Below, one piece after another: positions 14,170 to 26,829 of a stretch of 64,000 bases of DNA. The notes under the pieces were generated by a model. The model made no database searches, was not told where the DNA came from, and saw only the letters and a program-made list of their open reading frames with translations. The stretch comes from Vicugna vicugna (lineage: Eukaryota). Made by a program: the position numbers and the translations under genes. Location: assembly GCA_013265495.1 (NCBI GenBank), contig MU061579.1:5454963-5518962 (forward strand). The letters are read 5' to 3'. Positions within the stretch are counted from its first letter, which is position 1; each line of letters starts with the position of its first letter.

Positions 14170-14555
14170 GAGTGTTGCTGGCACAAGCCTTAGAGACTGC
14201 CACTGATAACTTGAGATCTGGTTTCCCTTTCCCTGGCAACTACCCCAAAAGGCAGAATGCCTAGAAGTGCCTGTAATGGCACCCTGTGGAGTAAACTTTG
14301 ACCAATGGGAGGTGAAAGCAAATAATTAGACTTTCTTCCTACTCTGAACATAGTGTTCCACAAAGCAGTAGGTTATATTAGAAGATATCCTGCAAAGCAG
14401 AATAATCAGCTACACTTGTTATGATTTCAGATCAATGATGGACTCTTATCTTTGCTTCTCTTCTTTCCTTGCCTCAGTTGACTATACTTCACAATGCAGT
14501 GTACATCCATAAATTCCACTTAAATTCTGTTTTCCCTGGAACCTAGTCTAAAATG
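14170..14555 (+). mobile_element. Degenerate ERV-L-type (LTR16/LTR33-like) LTR
   Basis: TTTGACCAATGGGAGG..; 3' end TTCTGTTTTCCCTGGAACCTAGTCTAAAA resembles ERV-L LTR termini. Confidence 0.45.
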
Positions 14556-14849
14556 AGATTTATGCATGCATTTAAATCATTTTTAGGATAAGATCTATTT
14601 GTTAAAGTCTGTATGAAGAATAAAAGCAAGTTTTGTTGCAGTTTTTTTCTTTAGTCAAAATAAATATCTTTTAATAATGAGGACTTTTCTTAAAAGTAAA
14701 GTGTAAGAAACACTTTATTAAATTAACAGATTGAAGTAAATAGTAGTGTTATTCTAATGAGACACTTTATTTCCAGAGGAGTAAGAGAGAAAGAAAGAAA
14801 GAAATCCTTGACTATTTGCATGAACAGAGAGATTGCAGTAGAGGTGTTG

Positions 14850-17150
14850 AAAATGTTAAAATTCTGAAAGTGGGGTCAATAGGCTTTTCTAAACAGTTGA
14901 GTATGATGTGTGAGAAAAAGAGAAGACTCATAATATTCCAAGAACAATTGTGAAAATGTACTTTCTTTTCACTTAGAAGGGGAAGGTGATGGGTATTTTG
15001 GGTGAGGGAGGGTAAAAAGATCAGGAGTGCAATTTCAAACATAGTGAGTGTAAGGTCTTTATTAAGTATGCAAATGAAGGTTCTAAGTAATCTGTTGAGT
15101 ATACAAGTCTGCTGTTCAGAAGAGGAATTTGGACTGGAAAGATTATTTGGGAGATTTGAGCATATAGTTGGTATTTAATGTTATAACACCAGATGACACA
15201 AAGAGGAAACTAGGTGTAGATAACAGGGTAAAGATTTTGCTAAAGATGAATGATGTAAGTTTAGAGGAGAGAAAACTTCAGAGGTGACAGAAAAAAAGTG
15301 TTCAGAGAGGAAGGAGAAAAGCAAGCTAAGAGTATCTGGACTCCTAGATCAATTTAAAAACAAACAAGCAAACAAAAAACCAAAAAACGAATGTTAAAGG
15401 AAGCTAAAAATCTGCCATGTCAAATACTGCTGCTAAATCAATAAAAATGAGGAATTAAAATTCACAATTGAATTTAGCAACATGTATATAATAGTTGACC
15501 TTGACAGGGGAAATTTCATCTAAATACTGAGTATAATCATGATTAGAGCGGGTTTAAAAGAGAATGAGAGAAAAATTAGAAACAATGAGTAAAGATAAAA
15601 ATTTCTTGAAGTTTTATTAGAAAGAAGTACAAATAAATGGGTTAGCTGGTAAGAGGAATAGATCAAGAAACTTTTTGAAAGATGAGTACAGATTCCTGGG
15701 CAGAGGTGACGTTTTTGATCTGTGGCAGATAGACCCCAAGCGTCCACAAATACACCTGCTGTCTGGCACCTCTGCCCCACTCTCCCCGGAAGTGTGGGCA
15801 CAACTTGTGATTTGCTTTAAATCAATAGAAGACAGCAAAGATGACAGGATGTCACTTTCATGATTACATTACATAAACTTTTAACTTCTGTCTTGCTAGT
15901 AAATTCTATTGATTCTCTTTCTTGCTGGCTTTGATGACATACACCATCATATAGTGAGGCCCAGGTGAAAAAACTAAAGGTGGTTTGGAACTGACAGCCA
16001 GCAAGGAGCCGAGGCCCTCACGCTGAGAACCCTCAAGAAACTAGATCCCGCCAACAGTCGTGTGAGCTTGGAAGAGGATCTCTCCCCGGTAAAGCCTTAG
16101 ATGACACCTCAGGCCTGACTGACACGGTGAATGTAACCTCATGAGAGACCCTGAAGCGAATTATCCAGCTAACCCACGCCCAGGTTCTGACCTGCCAACA
16201 CTATGAGATAATGTAGGTTCATGGTTTTAAGGCACTAAGTTTTTAGTAATTTATTACACAGCAATAAGAGGTTAATGCTTAGTCTTTAAAGATTCTCCTT
16301 TGATTTCTTCAACTGTTCTAGCAACTAGAAGTGAGCATGAGGAGGAGGTATGTGGTGCTTGAAGAAAGGAGGAGACACAAAGTAGTTATCTCGGAGGTTG
16401 AAGAGAGAATGGACTAAGAATATACACTGCGACAGCATAGCAGCATGAAGAGTTCACTCAAAGTTCTTGGCCACTGCATTTCATCTGAGAATATTCAGTT
16501 TGATTATCTATTTTTCTCCAGCTCCAGTTTAGGTTTGGAGTGGTGCCACACTGAAGGCAATGAGCTGGAAAGATAAGGAGTAGTTGTCTGGGAGTGGAAT
16601 GCATGAAATTGACATCAGGGTAATAAGTAATGACAAAGTCTAGGTCATGATCATGGAAGCAAGTAGCTGAGAAATGCAGAAGGCACGAACAATGGAAAAG
16701 AGTCATTCAAGAGACTGAGACCACAGTTTTGAGGAAAAGCATCTACGTGAATATGAAAGTAGCCAAAAATAAAAACAGACATATTGAAAATGGTGACAGT
16801 GAGCCAAGGAATAAATCTGTGTAAAAAGAGTAGGAATGATTCAGGGGTTGGCAGATGATGGTGACAGTGAGATAGGTATGGTGGATGAGATAATCCCATG
16901 GCACGTGATACAAAACTGGAGGAGAGTAATGGAGGTGGGTAGAAGAATTGTCTGAACGGGACAAGAGGGAGCAACAAGGACATTTTTCCAATTCTAGGCT
17001 CAATGATATGAAGACTGAGGAAGAAGAAACAGCCAACACTTGAGGGATTTGCAGAAGTGGTACTCTCAAGAGACAGCATGAATTTAGAATTTCAGTTCAG
17101 CTCAAGGAGGGTTCAGAGAAGATGTTGAGGATATAGCAGATGCTGCTTCT
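14850..17150 (-). mobile_element. L2 LINE fragments interrupted by the MLT1 LTR at 15721-16278
   Basis: Purine-rich antisense L2 sequence: TTGGTATTTAATG, TTGAATTTAGCAACATG..GTTGACCTTGACAG, GTCTAGGTCATGATCATGGA. Confidence 0.7.
15721..16278 (+). mobile_element. MLT1-type MaLR solo LTR inserted in an L2
   Basis: TGTGGCAGATAG start; ACAGCCAGCAAGGAGCCGAGGCCCTCA; TGGTTTTAAGGCACTAAGTTTTTAGTAATTTATTACACAGCAATA end. Confidence 0.85.
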
Positions 17151-18675
17151 GATGGATATTGAAGTTCAGAGGGCTCCATCAATATCCTTCAGCTAAAGAT
17201 CACAAGGAACACACATGTAATTCAATCAAGTTGGGTTTATTCACTTGTTGAAAACTATTGCAGCGTAATGCAACATTGGATATTTCAGTGAGAAGATGGT
17301 AGAAGGGATTTATTATAGGATTTGGCCTTGTGTTAGATTACTTGATAGAAAAAAACAAAAGGGGGGAAATTTTGCTCTGGATTTGATGCTGTAAAGAAGT
17401 AGTATAATTCTTTGAGTGTTTTAATAGTTCTTACTGAGAAGATCAGAACAAAAAGCGCTAAATCTGATCAGGAAGGAAGCACAAAGCACCGGTCACTCCT
17501 ACTGGCCAGTGTAAGAGAATTCTTAGTCATTTTGATATTTTCCTTTGTCTTCCTTTTGTCTGTGTTCAGACATAATTATGACGTTGTCTGTGTGGTTTTT
17601 ACCCATCCAGTCAGTGTTTTTGTCTGATGTTGGTGTGCTGTGCAGTTTTATGCTCAGTGGGAGAACGCCATGCCCTCTCTGTGAGCTCTAGAACATGCCC
17701 CTCTTATCAGGGCACGGATTTCCCTTTCCCAGCCAGGGGACTGGTCTTAGATGTTGGAAAGAGTGTGAAGAACAGAGTAACTTGTTTGCATAGCCTTACA
17801 GGAATTAGAGTGTAAGAAATGAGGGTGGGTATCAGAGTCTAAAGTTTTTTGTGATGACTGTTATGAATAGGGATGATTAAGGGGCATGATTAAGCATAGT
17901 ATAGTTATTAACTCAGTCAAGAGAATATTTTGTAACTGTTGATTGTGCTAATAATAAAAATAATCTTTTAGATTTTAGAGGCTATCATCTGTTTAGTGCT
18001 TATTTTCATCAAATGTTTTGCCTGGCCAGTCTGCAACATCTGACTGCGGCATCCGGAGGGGCAGTGACCTGCCCGCCCACAGCAGAGGAGAGCTGCACCT
18101 GACCCCGTGTTAGGAGGAGGCGCGATCTGCTTGCCAACAGGTGCTGGGAGCAGCACAGAAGAGGGCGCCAACGGAGGGCCTCTGAAAACAAGCTGAGCTT
18201 CCAAAACAGGAAAAAGACAGAAGGACTTCACGTTAAAAGCACACAGACTCCAGGAGAACACTGACAACCTTTTCTTTTTTTTAAATCTGTTTTTACCTGT
18301 TCTATTTTCAATTACTCTCTTAATTTTTACTTCTTAATTCATTTCTATTTCTCTTGGGTTTTGATGTCCTGTTATTGATTAGACACAGGCTTCAAATACA
18401 TCCATTCATCTCCCACCCCCCCCTTTTTTTTTTAAAGGTTTTAAAAGGACGTCTCAACCCGATTAATACTCTGCTTCAACTCGCTCTTCTATTATTCATT
18501 ATACACTGTTTTCAAACCCTCTTTCTCCCTTCTTTTAAAAATCTTTCTCTCTCTCTCTTATTATTTCTTTCTTTTTTTTTCCTAAGTTCTATTCATAAAT
18601 AGGCATTAGATAGATAAAATCCTTAAGATCCAAAATAGACAACTGATACTCCATAAACCACAGTGCCAGAGAGGT

Positions 18676-19578
18676 ATGAGCAAGATGAAGAAGCAGAGAA
18701 ACCTTTCCCAATTAAAAGAACAAGAGGAATCCCCTGAAAGAAAGCTCAATGAAATAGACATCGATAGCCTACTAGATCAAGATTTCAAAAAAGGAGTGAT
18801 CAAATTGCTGAAGGAATTAAAAGAGATAATGCTTAGAGAAATAAAATATGTCAAAAATGAAATTGAAGCTATAAAGAAGAGCCAAGCAAAATGGGAAAAC
18901 TCATTGACAGAGATGAGGAATGATCTAACAGCTGTGCAAAGCCGACTAGTTAATGCAGAGGAACGAATTAGTGATCTAGAAGACAGGGCAACAGAAAGCA
19001 CCCATTCAGAAGAACTACAAGATAAGCAAATAAAAAATAATGATAATAGCATAAGGGACCTATGGGATAATATAAAGCGTCCCAATCTTCGCATAATAGG
19101 GGTCCCAGAAGGGGAAGAAGGATCAAAGGGGATTGAAAAGGTTTTTGAAGAAATCATGACTGAAAACTTCCCAAACTTAAAGAAGGAATCAGATATCCAA
19201 GTACAGGAAGCTCAGAGGGTCCCAAACAGGAAGAATCCAAATAGACCCACACCAAGACATATCATAATCAAGATGGCCAGAGTCAAGGATAAAGAAATGA
19301 TTCTAAAGGCAGCAAGAGAAAAGCAAAGAGTGAATTACAAGGGAACCCCCATAAGGCTCTCAGCTGATTTCTCTACACAAACACTACAGGCCAGAAGGGA
19401 GTGGCAAGATATATTCAAAGCCCTGAATGAAAAAAAGATGCAGCCTAGGATACTTTATCCAGCAAGGCTATCCTTTAGGATAGAAGGAGAAATAAAGAGT
19501 TTCACAGACAAAAAAAAGCTGCAGGAGTTTAGCAACACTAAACCCATGCTAAAAGAAATATTGAAAGGGCTATTCTAA
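18676..19578 (+). CDS. ORF1: LINE-1 ORF1p (RNA-binding/nucleic acid chaperone; coiled coil, RRM, CTD), 300 aa
   Basis: Conserved L1 ORF1 motifs KRPNLRIIGVPE, PRHII, AAREK, ARREW and YPARLS; heptad-rich N-terminal half. Confidence 0.97.
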   Translation: MSKMKKQRNLSQLKEQEESPERKLNEIDIDSLLDQDFKKGVIKLLKELKEIMLREIKYVKNEIEAIKKSQAKWENSLTEMRNDLTAVQSRLVNAEERISDLEDRATESTHSEELQDKQIKNNDNSIRDLWDNIKRPNLRIIGVPEGEEGSKGIEKVFEEIMTENFPNLKKESDIQVQEAQRVPNRKNPNRPTPRHIIIKMARVKDKEMILKAAREKQRVNYKGTPIRLSADFSTQTLQARREWQDIFKALNEKKMQPRILYPARLSFRIEGEIKSFTDKKKLQEFSNTKPMLKEILKGLF

Positions 19579-19975
19579 ATAGAAAAGCAGCAGGATGCTA
19601 CAGAAATGAGAAACGTACAACTGGAAAGGTGATAACTCATGAATTACAAATAAAGAAAACACGAAATTATAAAAGAAGACATACAAATCACTGAGAGTGG
19701 GAGAGGGAGGCAGGGAAATATAGAATTTTTTTTCTTTCTTTTTTAAATTTTTTTAACAGTAGGATGGGTTTGAGATCATGTTATTATCAGTTTATTAAAA
19801 ACGGGTATAGGTTAATAGATTTACAAAAAAGGGTAACCACAAGTCAAAAATTTACAAGGGAGTCACAAAAATTAAATAAAATCCATGATAATACAAAGGA
19901 AAATTACCAAACCACAAAAGGAAGAAGAAAGGAACAAAGAGGATATACCAATTCAACTGCAAAGATAAGTTCAAA

Positions 19976-22900
19976 ATGGCAATAAACACACATCTATCAT
20001 TAATTACTGTAAATGTTAATGGACTAAATGCTCCAGTCAAAAGACATAGAGTGGCAGACTGGATAATAAAGCAAGAACCTTCAATATGCTGCATACAAGA
20101 GACCCACTTTAGGGAGAAGGACACATATAGATTGAGAGTGAAAGGATGGAAAAGGATATTCCATGCAAATGGAAAAGCCAAAAAAGCAGGTGTTGCAGTA
20201 CTGATTTCAGACAAAATAGACTTTAAAACAAAGGCCATAAAGAAAGATAAAGAAGGACATTTTATAATGATTAAAGGAGTGATACAAGATGAAGATATTA
20301 CACTCGTTAATATATATGCACCCAATATAGGAGCACCTAAGTACATACAAGAATTACTAACAGAGATAAAGGGGGATATTGATGGGAATACAATCATAGT
20401 TGGAGATTTTAACACTGCATTAACATCACTAGACAGATCTTCCAGACAGAAAATAAACAAGGCAACAGAGAAATTAAATACTACAATAGAAAAACTAGAT
20501 TTGGTGGATATTTTCAGAGCATTACACCCCCAAAAAATAGAATATACATTCTTTTCAAGTGCACATGGAACATTTTCCAGGATCGATCATGTACTTGGAC
20601 ACAAAAGAAACCTCAACAAATTTAAGAAGATAGAAATTATCTCAAGCATCTTTACTGACCACAATGCCATGAAACTGGAAATCAACAACAGAGAAACAAA
20701 GGAGAAAAAAAGAAAAGCATGGAGATTAAACAATATGTTATTGAAAAAACAATGGATCAATGAGGAAATCAAAGCTGAAATTAAAAAATACCTTGAGACA
20801 AATGATAATGAAAGCACAACCACTCAAAACCTATGGGACACAGCAAAGGCAGTGCTAAGAGGGAAGTTTATAGCGATACAGGCCTTTCTCAAAAAAGAAG
20901 AACAATCTCAAATAAACAAGTTAACCCACCACCTGAATCAATTAGAAAAAGAAGAACAAAAAGCCCCAAAAAGCAGCAGAAGGAAGGAAATAATAAAGAT
21001 CAGAGAGGAATTAAATACAATAGAGATTAACAAGACCATAGAAAAAATCAACCAAACCAAAAGCTGGTTTTTTGAAAAAGTAAATAAAATCGACAAACCT
21101 CTGGCCAAACTCACAAAGAAGAAAAAAGAGAGAGCACAAATTAGCAAAATAAGAAAGGAAAATGGAGAAATTACAACAAACAAAATAGAAATACAGAATA
21201 TCATACGAGAATATTATGAAAAACTATATGGAACCAAACTGGATAACCTAGAGGAGATGGACAAGTTTCTGGAAACATACTGTCCACCAAAACTGAATCA
21301 AGAAGAAACTGAACACTTGAACAATCCGATCACTAGAAAGGAAATAGAAATAGCAATTAAAAACCTCCCTACAAATAAAAGTCCAGGACCGGACGGCTTC
21401 ACCGGGGAATTCTACCAAACATACAAAGAAGAACTCATACCAGTCCTTCTCAAACTCTTCCAGACGATTGAAAAGGAGGGAATACTCCCAAACTCATTCT
21501 ATGAAGCCACCATCACCCTGATACCAAAACCAGGCAAAGACACTACAAAAAAAGAGAATTATAGGCCAATATCACTGATGAACATAGACGCCAAAATCCT
21601 CACCAAAATTTTAGCAAATAGAATCCAACAACACATAAAAAAGATTATACATCATGACCAAGTGGGGTTCATCCCAGGGACACAAGGCTGGTTCAACATA
21701 CGCAAATCAATCAATGTAATACATCACATCAACAAGAGAAAGGACAAAAACCACATGATCATCTCAATCGATGCAGAAAAAGCATTTGATAAAATTCAAC
21801 ACCCATTTATGATAAAAACTCTCGCCAAAGTGGGTATAGAGGGAACATATCTCAACATAATAAAAGCTATATATGACAAACCTATAGCCAGCATAGTTCT
21901 CAACGGTGAAAAACTCAAAAGCTTCCCACTAAAATCTGGGACAAGACAAGGATGCCCACTATCACCACTCCTATTCAATATAGTCCTGGAAGTCCTAGCC
22001 ACAGCAATCAGGCAAGAGAAAGAAATAAAAGGGATCCAAATTGGAAAAGAAGAGGTAAAAGTGTCATTATATGCTGACGACATGTTACTATATATAGAAA
22101 ACCCTAAAAGGTCCACAAAAAAGCTACTAGAGCTGATCGAAGAATTCAGCAAGGTAGCAGGTTACAAAATTAATGTTCAAAAATCAGTTGCCTTTCTTTA
22201 CACTAACGATAAATCAACAGAAAAAGAAAGTAAAGAAACAATCCCCTTTAAAATAGCACCCAAAGTAATAAAATATCTGGGAATAAATCTAACCAAGGAG
22301 GTGAAAGAATTATACACAGAAAACTATAAACCATTGATGAAGGAAATTAAAGAAGACTTTAAAAAATGGAAAGATATTCCATGCTCTTGGATTGGAAGAA
22401 TCAATATTGTTAAAATGGTCACACTGCCCAAGGCAATCTACAGATTTAATGCAATCCCTATCCAATTACCCAGGACATATTTCACAGAACTAGAACAAAT
22501 CATAATAAAATTTATATGGAACCATCAAAGACCTAGAATTGCTAAAGCATTACTGAAGAGAAAGAAAGAGGCTGGAGGAATAACTCTCCCAGACTTCAGA
22601 CAATACTATAGAGCTACAGTCATCAAGACAGCATGGTATTGGTACCAAAACAGACATATAGACCAATGGAACAGAATAGAGAGCCCAGAAATGAACCCAC
22701 AAACTTTTGGTCAACTCATCTTCGACAAAGGAGGCAAGAATATACAATGGAATAAAGACAGTCTCTTCAGCAAATGGTGTTGGGAAAACTGGACAGCAGC
22801 ATGTAAAACAATGAAGCTAGAACACACCCTTACACCATATACAAAAATCAACTCAAAATGGATTAAAGACTTAAACATAAGACAAGATACAATAAACCTC

Positions 22901-23773
22901 CTAGAGGAAAACATAGGCAAAACATTATCTGACATACATTTCAAAAATTTTCTCCTAGAAGAAATAAAAGCAAGAATAAACAAATGGGACCTAATGAAAC
23001 TTACAAGCTTCTGCAGAGCAAAGGAAACCAGAAATAAAACAAGAAGAAAACCTACGGAATGGGAGAAAATTTTTGCAAGTGAAACCGACAAAGGCTTGAT
23101 CTCCAAAATATATAAGCAGCTCATACGACTCAATAAGAAAAAAATAAACAACCCAATCCAAAAATGGGCAGAAGACCTAAACAAGCAATTCTCCAAGGAA
23201 GACATACAAATGATCAAAAAGCACATGAAAAAATGTTCAATATCACTAATTATCAGAGAAATGCAAATCAAAACTACAATGAGGTATCACCTCACACCAG
23301 TCAGAATGGCCGTCATTCAAAAATCCACAAATGACAAATGCTGGAGAGGCTGTGGAGAAAGGGGAACCCTCCTACACTGCTGGTGGGAATGCAGTTTGGT
23401 GCAGCCACTATGGAAAACAGTGTGGAGATTCCTCAAAAGACTAGGAATAGACTTACCATATGACCCAGGAATCCCACTCCTGGGCTTGTACCCAGAAGGA
23501 AATCTACTTCAGGATGACACCTGCACCCCAATGTTCATAGCAGCACTATTTACAATAGCCAAAACATGGAAACAACCTAAATGTCCATCAACAGGTGACT
23601 GGATAAAGAAGAGGTGGTATATTTATACAATGGAATACTACTCAGCCATAAAAACCGACAACATAATGCCATTTGCAGCAACATGGATGCTCCTAGAGAA
23701 TGTCATTCTAAGTGAAGTAAGCCAGAAAGAGAAAGAAAAATACCATATGAGATCGCTCATATGTCGAATCTAA
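19976..23773 (+). CDS. ORF2: LINE-1 ORF2p (APE endonuclease, reverse transcriptase, C-terminal CCHC), 1265 aa
   Basis: EN motifs NVNGLN, QETH, YAPN, GDFN, SRIDH, TDHN. RT motifs [28 protein letters not shown]. Zinc knuckle CWRGC...HCWWEC. No stop or frameshift. Confidence 0.98.
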   Translation: MAINTHLSLITVNVNGLNAPVKRHRVADWIIKQEPSICCIQETHFREKDTYRLRVKGWKRIFHANGKAKKAGVAVLISDKIDFKTKAIKKDKEGHFIMIKGVIQDEDITLVNIYAPNIGAPKYIQELLTEIKGDIDGNTIIVGDFNTALTSLDRSSRQKINKATEKLNTTIEKLDLVDIFRALHPQKIEYTFFSSAHGTFSRIDHVLGHKRNLNKFKKIEIISSIFTDHNAMKLEINNRETKEKKRKAWRLNNMLLKKQWINEEIKAEIKKYLETNDNESTTTQNLWDTAKAVLRGKFIAIQAFLKKEEQSQINKLTHHLNQLEKEEQKAPKSSRRKEIIKIREELNTIEINKTIEKINQTKSWFFEKVNKIDKPLAKLTKKKKERAQISKIRKENGEITTNKIEIQNIIREYYEKLYGTKLDNLEEMDKFLETYCPPKLNQEETEHLNNPITRKEIEIAIKNLPTNKSPGPDGFTGEFYQTYKEELIPVLLKLFQTIEKEGILPNSFYEATITLIPKPGKDTTKKENYRPISLMNIDAKILTKILANRIQQHIKKIIHHDQVGFIPGTQGWFNIRKSINVIHHINKRKDKNHMIISIDAEKAFDKIQHPFMIKTLAKVGIEGTYLNIIKAIYDKPIASIVLNGEKLKSFPLKSGTRQGCPLSPLLFNIVLEVLATAIRQEKEIKGIQIGKEEVKVSLYADDMLLYIENPKRSTKKLLELIEEFSKVAGYKINVQKSVAFLYTNDKSTEKESKETIPFKIAPKVIKYLGINLTKEVKELYTENYKPLMKEIKEDFKKWKDIPCSWIGRINIVKMVTLPKAIYRFNAIPIQLPRTYFTELEQIIIKFIWNHQRPRIAKALLKRKKEAGGITLPDFRQYYRATVIKTAWYWYQNRHIDQWNRIESPEMNPQTFGQLIFDKGGKNIQWNKDSLFSKWCWENWTAACKTMKLEHTLTPYTKINSKWIKDLNIRQDTINLLEENIGKTLSDIHFKNFLLEEIKARINKWDLMKLTSFCRAKETRNKTRRKPTEWEKIFASETDKGLISKIYKQLIRLNKKKINNPIQKWAEDLNKQFSKEDIQMIKKHMKKCSISLIIREMQIKTTMRYHLTPVRMAVIQKSTNDKCWRGCGERGTLLHCWWECSLVQPLWKTVWRFLKRLGIDLPYDPGIPLLGLYPEGNLLQDDTCTPMFIAALFTIAKTWKQPKCPSTGDWIKKRWYIYTMEYYSAIKTDNIMPFAATWMLLENVILSEVSQKEKEKYHMRSLICRI

Positions 23774-25214
23774 AAAACAAAAACAAACAAACAAAAACAA
23801 AGCATAAATACAGGACAGAAATAGACTCATGGACAGAGAATACAGACTTGTGGTTACCAGCGTGTGGGGTAGAGGGTGGGAAGGGATAGACTGGGATTTC
23901 AAAATTGTAGAATAGATAAACAAGATTACACTGTATAGCACAGGGAAATATACACAAAATGTTATGATAAATCACAGAGAAAAAAATGTGACAATGAGTG
24001 TGTATATGTCCATGAATGACTGAAAAATTGTGCTGAACACTGGAATTTGACACAACACTGTAAAATGATTATGAATCAATAAAAAAAAGTAAAAAAAATG
24101 TTTTGCTAAATATATTATGTATAATTTAATAGTTTATTTTATTATCACCAAGTAGTTTTATTTTTATTTTTTAATGAGAAAATCAAGACCTAAAAGTTTT
24201 AAGCATCAAGATCACATTCTTAATCTTGAATCCAAAGTTCTTAATCACTGTCATGCTGTCCCATCTACTAACAATATTATGTTCAGTAAAAGTACAGACT
24301 GGAGAATTTCAATTATGCTGAGGTTGCAGTAATATGCAATTAATACTTACAAATATAAGTAAACTGGAAGAAAACTTGGGAACAAAATAACAAAATCTTT
24401 GATTGATGGAGCAGTGGATTTATTTATCCACCAGGGTGATTTATTTTTATTTCTAATGTTGCTATATGTTTTTGTGAAATTAATAATAATAATATGTTTA
24501 CCTAACATTACTTGTCAGAATAAAAGTTATTTTAAATAAAAAATATTCAGTTGAATTCCCCAAGTTTCTGAGCAATAATAATACCTTGAGATAATTACAC
24601 TAGAACCTGGAATAATTTTCTCCAAATTTCACTGGCTACTGTGAATCATTTCAGGTTAAATCACAGAGCTTATTTTCCAAAAGGTTTATTTAAATGCCTA
24701 AATATTTACGGTTAAACAGTGAAGAGTGTAGTGTACTTCTTTGCTTATCAGATAACTTAAAGATGAGTATGTGCACATATATTAAATTCTTATAATATAT
24801 TACTTAAGAGGGAATTTAAATCCAGTTGCTGTGTTTTCAATCATTATTTTTTTCAAGTGTGTGTTAGTTTAGTTTTGTTCTGTTTTAAATAATTGGGAGC
24901 CAAAATCTATAGAAAAATATTCAAGGACAAAGTTTAATCATTTCAATTAGGGAATCCATTTTGGACATTATATATTATATAAATAAAGTACAGTTTGCTT
25001 ATAGATGTCATAATAACTATATGACTTGAAATTAATCAACTATAACTTATAGGAAACTTAGAAGAACAAAAGTTTGTGATAATACTGTATGAGAAATAAC
25101 CTGGTTTCCTCATCAAATAGTTTAAAGACATGAGAAAGGAAAATTAAAAACATGAGAAATAGAGGAAAAAGATATGTGTATATATATGTATATACATGTG
25201 CATATATATGTAAA

Positions 25215-25590
25215 GAGCCTAAAGAGACATCAATCAACAGCAATGTTTAGACTTTATTTCGGCCCTGATTCAAATTAAAAACTATAAAGGCACCTGACAT
25301 TCCAAGACAACTGCATATTTGAGTAAGAGATATTTTATAGTTAAGATAGTATTGCCTTTTAATCATGACAATGTTAACATGGTTACTTTTTTAAAGTTCT
25401 TAACTTTTAGAGACACCTGGTGAAATATTTATGAATGAAATGATACAATATTGGAGAATGTAGTGGGTGAGGTATAAATTAAACTCTATTAATGTTGCAT
25501 TGATGACTGTTAAAGCTGAGTAACAGAAATGAGAAAATTTATATACTGTTTTATTTTAATATTTATTGCTTGAAAATTTCTATTCTCAAA
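25215..25590 (+). mobile_element. Ancient L1ME-like 3' fragment
   Basis: AAGAGACATCAATCAAC..GACTTTATTTCGGCCCTGATTCAAA..TGAAATATTTATGAATGAAATGATA..GTTAAAGCTGAGT..TTGAAAATTTC. Confidence 0.6.
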
Positions 25591-26829
25591 ATGAAGAAAA
25601 ATATATCTAAGTCATTACATATAAAACAATAACAGAAGCATAGACTACACAGAAATCAGAGAGGAGTATTTAAGGTAACAACTTCATAGATAATTCTTTT
25701 TTTTTTATACCAGCTGTATAACTAATACTGGCTTGATTAATTTTGTTAGTATTATATTTGTCTGTATCTCCTTATTTGGTCTAACCTTTCTCCATGTCTA
25801 ATTAGTTCATAAGTGCGTATTAACTCTAATCACATAATTACTCAACTGACAAACATTTGAATGTCAATATCAAAATATTCCAAAGAATATTTTGGAAGCA
25901 ATATGGACCAGAAATCACTTATTAAGCTGCTTTCCTTAAAGAAAAAATAATTTGTGGATCTTGCATCTTGTGCTCCCTTTAATTAGCATTTTCATTCAGC
26001 ATTTTCATTCATTCAGGATTTTAATAGAAACTCAGCCAATCCATGTCTGATGACTAACTGTTAGAATGAGTGCATAATGGGATAGATTACTTACTCGTGG
26101 AATAACATAGAGTAATACTTTTAGATGGTGTGTTTATTCTGGGAAACCAAACACAAGAAGAGGCATTTTATTTATCTGCAAATATTTGAGGCTTTCCATT
26201 TTAGAATTGAGAATAGACATGTACTTTTTTGCAGATGGATGCTGCTTGTATGAGAGTTATAGGACCATGGTTGCTTCAACATAAGAAGAAATTAAATATT
26301 TAGGGATGGATAGTAATGAATATGCTGCTTCTTCGACTAGTATGCTACACTGAATGATTGAAAAAAATTACTTCTATCAAAGGCACTATGCAGATAATTT
26401 ATGTACTTCCATTGTGAAGCCTAATAAAGACAATCAAGTTTTAGTTCAGCTCTACAATCCTATATTTTAAGTTACTACAAAAGAAATTATAAAGCATAAA
26501 TACGTACTTATTTATTCAGAAAATGACTTAATATTGCTAAATCTTGAATTTGAGTACTGCTTATTTTGTAGCTTGTCCTGGAAAGTCAGTGACAAAAAGT
26601 CAATCATCTTCCAAATGTCAGTAAAGAATATTAATGTTTGGATCTTGAAACATGTTTCCACTGAAGTGTAAGTAGAAAGCCCCTGATTCTAAGCCATGAT
26701 ATTCTACACCTCACAAACCTGGAAGTTATTGCATGGAGTCCAGTTTGCCAGGTTTATACCAAACTGCCATTAGATTGGATCATTTGCATCACACACACAT
26801 ACTTCTACTTTTTATTGTTCACTTTCATT

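Larger units (their letters stand above)
18022..24095 (+). mobile_element. Near full-length young LINE-1 with both ORFs uninterrupted
   Basis: Exact TSD AAATGTTTTGC at 18011-18021 and 24096-24106. Order is GC-rich 5' segment, ORF1, 397-bp spacer, ORF2, then a 3'UTR with G-tracts, AATAAA and an A-rich tail (~24078-24095). Confidence 0.98.

Noticed and set aside
17170..17700. Possible LTR relic upstream of the L1 (similar impression at ~34860-35400)
   Set aside because: I could not define termini or a family with enough confidence.
17968..18267. Antisense ORF in the L1 5'UTR (ORF0-like position)
   Set aside because: It has a non-ATG start, runs across the TSD into flanking DNA, and shows no similarity I can recognise to primate ORF0.
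18777..23271. Multiple long antisense ORFs inside the L1 (126, 202, 118, 186 aa)
   Set aside because: These are the usual shadow ORFs opposite A-rich L1 coding sequence; hydrophobic and low-complexity.
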